In this document: in pieces, positions 58,613 to 64,000 of the stretch
Layout: each line of letters starts with the position of its first letter
How positions within the stretch are numbered: the stretch's first letter is position 1
Origin: an uncultured bacterium
GTDB taxonomy: Bacteria; Pseudomonadota; Gammaproteobacteria; Burkholderiales; JACQAP01
Assembly: GCA_965233135.1 (NCBI GenBank)
Contig: CBDDRM010000111.1
Location: 5,602-69,601, forward strand
Reading direction: 5' to 3'
Length of the DNA stretch: 64,000 bases
Program-made: the position numbers and the translations under genes
Notes under the pieces: model-generated
What the model was told of the DNA's origin: nothing
Seen by the model: the letters and a program-made list of their open reading frames with translations, nothing else
The model's database searches: none

Positions 58613-59509
58613 CTAGACACGATCGATGCGCTTTTCTCCGAACAGACCTTCGGGCCGAATCAGCAGGAACAGCAGGGCCATCATGTAGGCGAACCAGCCT
58701 TCGATGCCGCCGCCGATATGCGGCCCGAGATAAACCTCGGCGAGTTTTTCCAGCGCCCCGATAAGCAGACCGCCGACAATTGCACCGAGTACGGACTCAA
58801 AGCCGCCCAGGATGAGCACGGGCAGCGCTTTGAGCGCCACGAAAGTCAGGGCGTACTGCACGCCGTTGCGCGCCCCCCACATCAGGCCCGCGACCAGCGC
58901 AACGAATCCCGCGACCGACCAGACGATGGCCCAGATCTGCTTCAGCGGAATACCCACCGCCAGTGCGGCCTGATGGTCGTCCGCGACGGCGCGCAGCGCG
59001 CGGCCGACGCGGGTGACCTGAAAGAACACCGCCAGCACCGTGACCAGCACGCCCGCCACCAGGGCAGCAACCAGGTCAAAACTGCTGACAACCATGTCGA
59101 AGCGCTCGAGCAGCAGTGGAATCGGTTCGTCGGTAATGCCCAGTTCGAGTCGGCGCACGTTGGTGCCCCAGATGAGCTGTGCCAGCCCCTCGATGAAGAA
59201 CGTCAGGCCGATGGTCGCCATGAACAACGTGATCTGGGGCTGATTGACCAGCGGGCGCAGCACAACGCGTTCGATCAGGATGCCCAGTACGACCATGACC
59301 ACCAGCGCTACGCCGAACGCAGCCCAGAACGGCAGCGCGAATTTCTCCTGCAGCCCGACAAATGTCAGCGCCGCAAAAAACACCATGGCGCCCTGAGCGA
59401 AATTGAATACGCCCGAGGCCTTGTAGATCAGCACGAAGCCCAGTGCCACCAGCGAGTACATCACCCCCGCCAGCAGCCCGCCAATGAGCACTTCAAAGAA
59501 AAACGTCAT
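58613..59509 (-). CDS. HAAT-type ABC transporter permease, LivH-like
   Basis: 298 aa: MTFFFEVLIGGLLAGVMYSLVALGFVLIYKASGVFNFAQGAM, a diagnostic LivH N-terminus. Confidence 0.88.
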   Translation of the reverse strand: MTFFFEVLIGGLLAGVMYSLVALGFVLIYKASGVFNFAQGAMVFFAALTFVGLQEKFALPFWAAFGVALVVMVVLGILIERVVLRPLVNQPQITLFMATIGLTFFIEGLAQLIWGTNVRRLELGITDEPIPLLLERFDMVVSSFDLVAALVAGVLVTVLAVFFQVTRVGRALRAVADDHQAALAVGIPLKQIWAIVWSVAGFVALVAGLMWGARNGVQYALTFVALKALPVLILGGFESVLGAIVGGLLIGALEKLAEVYLGPHIGGGIEGWFAYMMALLFLLIRPEGLFGEKRIDRV

Positions 59510-59694
59510 CTTGCAGACCCTAGAACCTCAACCCAATACGCAGGCACGCAGGAAAAAGCAAGGCATGGAGAAAAGACGGACCCTCGGTTTTTGTCGTCGA
59601 TGAACAACCGAGCGCGTACGCCACGCCGTATTTTCGGATGTCGATCTTCTGCGTGTTCGCCGTGACCTCCGTGCCAGCGTGTCGGGTGTAATCA

Positions 59695-60489
59695 TCAATG
59701 TGAAACACCAAGATAGGCATCAATGACGGCCTTGTTGTTGCGGATCTCCTCGGGCGTACCGTCGCCAATCTTGCGCCCGTAATCGAGCACGACGATGCGA
59801 TCGCAGATATCCATAACTACGCCCATGTCATGCTCGATCAACACAATGGTGGTGCCGAATTCGTCGTTGACGTCCAGAATAAAACGACACATATCCTGTT
59901 TTTCCTCGACGTTCATGCCGGCCATGGGCTCGTCGAGCAGCAGCAAGGTGGGTTCCGCGGCCAGGGCCCGGGCGAGTTCGACGCGTTTTTGCAAGCCGTA
60001 TGGCAGGCGCCCGACCGGCGTCTTGCGAATGTGCTCGATCTGCAGAAAATCGATGATCTCTTCGACTTTGGCGCGATGCGCAAGCTCTTCGCGCCGGTTG
60101 CGTCCGATGTAAAGCGCCTGCTCGAACAGGCTCGCGCGCATCTTGAGGTTGCGTCCCGTCATGATGTTATCGAGCACGGTCATGCCTTTGAACAGCGCGA
60201 TGTTCTGAAACGTGCGGGCGATGCCTTGCACGGCGGCGCGATGGGGGTCCATCGAACGTCGGACCTCGTCGCGGAAGCGGATGCGTCCCTCCTGCGGATG
60301 ATAAACGCCGTTGATGACATTGAGCATGGAGCTCTTGCCGGCCCCGTTCGGACCGATGATCGCCCGGATTTCACCTTCCCGCACATCGAAGCTCACGTCC
60401 GACAGCGCGCGCACGCCGCCGAAAGACAATGCGATATTCTCCACGCTCAACGCCAACGCTCCGGATTTGCCCTCGCTCGTGATGGTCAT
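59695..60489 (-). CDS. HAAT-type ABC transporter ATP-binding protein, LivG-like
   Basis: Walker A GPNGAGKSS, a signature-region loop LPYGLQKRVELARAL, Walker B LLLLDEPMAGM, and the LivG-type C-terminal tail. Confidence 0.88.
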   Translation of the reverse strand: MTITSEGKSGALALSVENIALSFGGVRALSDVSFDVREGEIRAIIGPNGAGKSSMLNVINGVYHPQEGRIRFRDEVRRSMDPHRAAVQGIARTFQNIALFKGMTVLDNIMTGRNLKMRASLFEQALYIGRNRREELAHRAKVEEIIDFLQIEHIRKTPVGRLPYGLQKRVELARALAAEPTLLLLDEPMAGMNVEEKQDMCRFILDVNDEFGTTIVLIEHDMGVVMDICDRIVVLDYGRKIGDGTPEEIRNNKAVIDAYLGVSH

Positions 60490-60509
60490 GTCGTCGTGGC
60501 GAAGTTGAG

Positions 60510-62420
60510 CTAGGCGGCCTTTTGATCCGGTGCGGACGGTACATCCTGGATGCGGATGTCGGCTTCGATGGTGCCGCGACGACCGTCCTCGAACTTGACT
60601 TCGGTCGCGATGCGGCAGTGCTGTTGCCCCGAGTAAAGCGCATCGATCAGCGGGGCGTACTTCTCGGCCACGAATTTGCGGCGGATCTTGCGCGTGCGCG
60701 TCAGTTCATCATCGTCGGCATCGAGTTCCTTGTGCAGAATCAGAAACCGCCGAATCTGGGAACCCGCCAGCGCTGCGTCGCGCGCAAGGTCTGCATTGAC
60801 CTGTACGATGCAGTTCAACACCAGGTCGTATACCGCAGGCCGGGCGGTCAGGTCAAGATAGCCGCTGTAGGGCATGTTGCGCTTCTCTGCCCAGTTGCCG
60901 ACTGCCTGCAGGTCGATATTGATGAATGCACAGACCATCTGTCGCTGATTGCCGAAGCAAACGGCTTCCTTGATATACGAATAGAACTTGAGCTTGTTCT
61001 CGATGAATTGCGGCGCGAAGAGCGCGCCGCTGCCGAGTCTGCCGACGTCGCTCGCGCGATCGATGATCTTCAGATGCCCGTCCTCGTCGATGAAACCCGC
61101 GTCGCCGGTCATGAAATAACCGTCCGCGGAGATGGTCTCCGCGCTGGCATCCGGACGATTGTAATACTCCTTGAGCATGCTGGGCGTCTTCACCCAGATC
61201 TCGCCGCTGTCCACGATGCGCACGTCTACGCCCGGCAGCGGCTTTCCCACTGAATCGAGCTTCGCCTCGCCGTTGGGCTGCTTGCAGACATAGGCCGCGG
61301 TTTCGGTCTGGCCGTAAAGCTGCTTCAGGTTGATGCCGATGCTGCGGTAGAACAGGTAGAGATCCGGTCCGATCGCGGCCCCGCCCGTATAGGCCACGCG
61401 CACCCGGCTCATGCCGAGGATATTTCGCAAGGGAGCGTAGACCAGCAAGTCCCCCAGGCGGTAGCGCAAGCGATCGGCCCACGCTACGGGCTTGCCGTCC
61501 ATGATCGAAGCACCGCACCGGCGCGCAACCGCCATGAAGTAATCGAACAGCAACCGCTTGGGGCGGGAAGCGTCTTCCATGCGGATCATGACCGTCGTCA
61601 ACAGATTCTCGAAAATCCGCGGCGGCGCGAAATAATAAGTCGGACCGATTTCACGCAGGTCGCTCATCGCCGTGTCCGATGACTCCGGGCAGTTGACGGT
61701 GAAGCCCGCAACCAGCGCCTGCGCGTAGGAAAACAGATGATCGCCGACCCAGGCCATCGGCAGATAAGACAGCACTTCGTCGGCAGGATTGAAACCGTCG
61801 AAGGCGACATCGCCGCGCGCCGCAGCGATCAGGGCGGCATGGGTCAGGCACACCCCCTTGGGCTTGCTGGTCGTCCCCGAGGTGTACAGAATAACGCAGA
61901 CGTCCTGCGCCTCGACGCTTCCGATCGCGCGTTCGAAGAATTCCGGGTCCTGCCGGTCACGTTCCTGACCGAGTTCGCGCAGCCGGTCATAGGCCATCAG
62001 CTGCGGGTGAGCGTAATTGCGCAACCCGCGCGGCTCGTCATAGAAAATATGTCTGAGTTTAGGATACTGCGGCAGCAGTTCCAGCAGTTTGTCGACCTGT
62101 TCCTGATCCTCGACGATGGCGTATTCGATCTGCGCGTTCTCGAGAACAAAAAGCAGTTCCTGCGCAACCGCGTCCTGATACATCGGAACGGGCACGCCTC
62201 CCAGGCACTGCGCCGCGGCAAATGACCAGTACAGCCGTGGCCGATTGTCGCCAATGATTGCGAGATTCATTCCCCGGCGGAAACCTTGTGATGCCAGGCC
62301 GCACGCGAGCGCGCGCACCTCGTCGGCGGCTTGTGCCCAGGTCCAGCTTTGCCAGATACCCAGATCTTTCTCGCGCATGGCCACGCGCCCGCCCTGCTGC
62401 TTTGCATGCTGCAACAGCAA
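60510..62420 (-). CDS. AMP-dependent (long-chain-fatty-acid-type) acyl-CoA synthetase associated with an ABC transporter
   Basis: 636 aa from the TTG at 62420. Canonical ANL motifs YTSGTTSKPKGV, YGQTET and GDAGFIDEDGHLKIIDR. The true start is probably upstream (see the finding on this gene's start). Confidence 0.85.
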   Translation of the reverse strand: MLLQHAKQQGGRVAMREKDLGIWQSWTWAQAADEVRALACGLASQGFRRGMNLAIIGDNRPRLYWSFAAAQCLGGVPVPMYQDAVAQELLFVLENAQIEYAIVEDQEQVDKLLELLPQYPKLRHIFYDEPRGLRNYAHPQLMAYDRLRELGQERDRQDPEFFERAIGSVEAQDVCVILYTSGTTSKPKGVCLTHAALIAAARGDVAFDGFNPADEVLSYLPMAWVGDHLFSYAQALVAGFTVNCPESSDTAMSDLREIGPTYYFAPPRIFENLLTTVMIRMEDASRPKRLLFDYFMAVARRCGASIMDGKPVAWADRLRYRLGDLLVYAPLRNILGMSRVRVAYTGGAAIGPDLYLFYRSIGINLKQLYGQTETAAYVCKQPNGEAKLDSVGKPLPGVDVRIVDSGEIWVKTPSMLKEYYNRPDASAETISADGYFMTGDAGFIDEDGHLKIIDRASDVGRLGSGALFAPQFIENKLKFYSYIKEAVCFGNQRQMVCAFINIDLQAVGNWAEKRNMPYSGYLDLTARPAVYDLVLNCIVQVNADLARDAALAGSQIRRFLILHKELDADDDELTRTRKIRRKFVAEKYAPLIDALYSGQQHCRIATEVKFEDGRRGTIEADIRIQDVPSAPDQKAA

Positions 62421-62633
62421 TGCAGGAAAGGTTTCGGGATATCGTGCGCCGCCAGGGCTCGGTTCGGCCAGGGCTCCTCCCTATTGCTTTATGGTTATCC
62501 GGCCCCACCGGGTCGGTATGCGCCCCTTTGTATCATCTTCGCGCGTGGATGTCTCGCGGCCGGTTCGCACGGCGGGGCGGCGTGCAGTGTAACGATTCGC
62601 GACCGGTGGTCCGTGTCCGTCTGCGCTGACGGC

Positions 62634-63647
62634 CTAGAAGCCCGCCAATACGATCTTTCCGGTTGCACGCCCGGATTCGATCAAGGCGTGCGCGCGCCGC
62701 AGGTTGGCGGCGTCGATGGTGCCGAATTCCTGCGACAGCGTGCTGCGCAGCGCGTTGTCATCGACCATATCGGCGATCTGCTTGAGCAACTGGTGCTGCG
62801 CAATCATATCTGCGGTTTCGAACACCGCTCGCGTGAACATGAATTCCCAATGGATGGAAATGGACTTGCGTTTGAGTGCGAGGATATCGAAGGACTTCGG
62901 ATCATCGATCATGCCGAATCTGCCTTGCGGCGCAATGATCTCCGCGATGTCTGGCAGATGCTGGTCGGAGTGCGTGAGACTCGCAACCACCTCAACGTGC
63001 TGGATGCCCAGCGCGCGAATCTGGGAGGCCAGGGGCTTGCTGTGATCGACGACGTGATGCGCGCCCAGGCTGGTGGCCCAATCGCGGCTTTCGGCCCGCG
63101 ATGCCGTGGCAATGATCGTCAGCCCGGTAAGCTTGCGGGCAAGCTGAATCATGATCGAGCCGACGCCACCCGCTCCGCCGACAATGAGCAATGTACCTTC
63201 TCGCCGCATGTCGCCGGGCACGAGCCCCAGGCGGTCGAACAGAAGTTCCCACGCGGTGATTCCCGTCAGCGGAAGCGCGGCTGCTTGCGCGAAGCTCAAT
63301 GTGCGCGGCTTGGGTCCGACGATGCGTTCATCGACTGCGTGCAACTCGCTGTTCGTGCCCGGGCGCGCAATCGAGCCTGCGTAATACACCTCGTCGCCAG
63401 GGCGGAACATGGTTACGGAAGGACCTACCGCGTGCACCACGCCGGCGGCGTCGAATCCGAGCACTTTCACGCCTCCGGCCTCCGGTGCCGCGCGCATGCG
63501 GACCTTGGTGTCCACCGGATTGACCGAGATCGCCTTGACTGCGACGACCAGATCGCGCGCCCCGGGCACCGGATCCGGCAGCGTAAGGTCCAGCAGCGAT
63601 TCGGGATTATCGATTGGCAAGGACGACCTGTAGCCGACGGCTTTCAT
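62634..63647 (-). CDS. Zinc-type/MDR-family alcohol dehydrogenase or quinone oxidoreductase-like protein
   Basis: 337 aa: MKAVGY..., GDEVYYAG, nucleotide-binding LLIVGGAGGVGSIMIQLAR. Confidence 0.85.
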   Translation of the reverse strand: MKAVGYRSSLPIDNPESLLDLTLPDPVPGARDLVVAVKAISVNPVDTKVRMRAAPEAGGVKVLGFDAAGVVHAVGPSVTMFRPGDEVYYAGSIARPGTNSELHAVDERIVGPKPRTLSFAQAAALPLTGITAWELLFDRLGLVPGDMRREGTLLIVGGAGGVGSIMIQLARKLTGLTIIATASRAESRDWATSLGAHHVVDHSKPLASQIRALGIQHVEVVASLTHSDQHLPDIAEIIAPQGRFGMIDDPKSFDILALKRKSISIHWEFMFTRAVFETADMIAQHQLLKQIADMVDDNALRSTLSQEFGTIDAANLRRAHALIESGRATGKIVLAGF

Positions 63648-63725
63648 AGAGTTGCCCTTTTTTGGTTGTCCGGCCCGTCGCTCAATGGCTAACCCCGATA
63701 TACGCGGGATGCTCGTCCGCCGGTC

Positions 63726-64000
63726 TTAGTATTTGTATCCTGCCGGTGGCAGGGAAGGTGCGGACGCGAACTGCGGTGGAACTTCGCCCGTCAGGGTCTG
63801 CAAGAAGGCGAGCAGGTCGGCGACGTCCGCGTCGGTCAGGTCACGGCCCAGTTGCAGTTTGCCCATGATGCGCACGGCATCCCCCAGTTCCGCGACCGAA
63901 CCGTCATGGAAATAAGGCGGCGTAACGGCGACATTGCGCAACTGCTGCACTTTGAACATATACGCGTCGGCGTCGCTTTTCGTGTCCTGAAAGCGGCCCT
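63726..64000 (-). CDS. Di-haem cytochrome c peroxidase (CcpA/MauG family). Partial: C-terminal ~90 aa only.
   Basis: The frame is open to the window edge. It reads GRFQDTKSDADAYMFKVQQLRNVAVTPPYFHDGSVAELGDAVRIMGKLQLGRDLTDADVADLLAFLQTLTGE, a typical CCP C-terminus with PYFHDGS. Confidence 0.8.
   Translation of the reverse strand, partial: GRFQDTKSDADAYMFKVQQLRNVAVTPPYFHDGSVAELGDAVRIMGKLQLGRDLTDADVADLLAFLQTLTGEVPPQFASAPSLPPAGYKY

Noticed and set aside
58595-59665. 356-aa plus-strand ORF
   Set aside because: It is antisense to the LivH-like permease. It is highly charged (D/R/Q/H-rich) and not protein-like.
62331-63692. 453-aa plus-strand ORF
   Set aside because: It is antisense to the MDR dehydrogenase and to the 5' end of the acyl-CoA synthetase. 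It is a shadow frame.

Overview
This GC-rich window looks like ordinary core chromosome. By inference from gene content and synteny, it comes from a Betaproteobacterium-like organism. I call about 65 protein genes, one tRNA-Arg(CCG), a few intrinsic terminators and two candidate Pho boxes.

Gene blocks in order:
- gatCAB (gatB runs off the left edge)
- mreBCD-mrdA-rodA-rlpA (cell-shape cluster)
- PfkB-type kinase, PlsC-type acyltransferase, apaH
- membrane-anchored cytochrome c, tRNA-Arg, yqaA-like gene
- a 1299-aa DUF3683/FAD-oxidase/Fe-S fusion followed by a HIT protein
- phoR-phoB, then DUF971-ubiE-ubiJ-ubiB
- OprO/P-type porin, potABCD
- DHH-like protein, VanZ-like protein
- a tight MazG-like / 2Fe-2S ferredoxin-like / alpha-beta hydrolase / hemJ / HIRAN lipoprotein / THUMP methyltransferase string
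- pilU-pilT, then yggS, a secreted SRPBCC protein, proC-yggT
- a solitary dynamin-like GTPase, benE plus an MFS transporter
- rng-maf-rlmH-rsfS-nadD, aceF-aceE, an AhpD/CMD-like protein
- a seven-gene Liv-type ABC importer bracketed by two adenylate-forming ligases
- an MDR-family dehydrogenase and the 3' part of a di-haem cytochrome c peroxidase (runs off the right edge)

I see no integrase, transposase, CRISPR array, prophage remnant or recognisable multi-gene defence island.

The most interesting items are moderate, not spectacular:
- the unpaired, paddle-less dynamin-like GTPase
- the ABC importer with two CoA-ligase-like genes, one of which has a degenerate phosphate-binding motif
- the giant DUF3683 flavo-Fe-S fusion coupled to a HIT gene
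- a predicted lipoprotein carrying a HIRAN domain
- a G-rich palindromic element at the THUMP-methyltransferase/pilU junction
- candidate Pho boxes sharing a TGTAACATT core

All product calls rest on reading motifs in the supplied translations. No database search was run. Many long ORFs in the track are antisense shadow frames of a GC-rich genome and were rejected.
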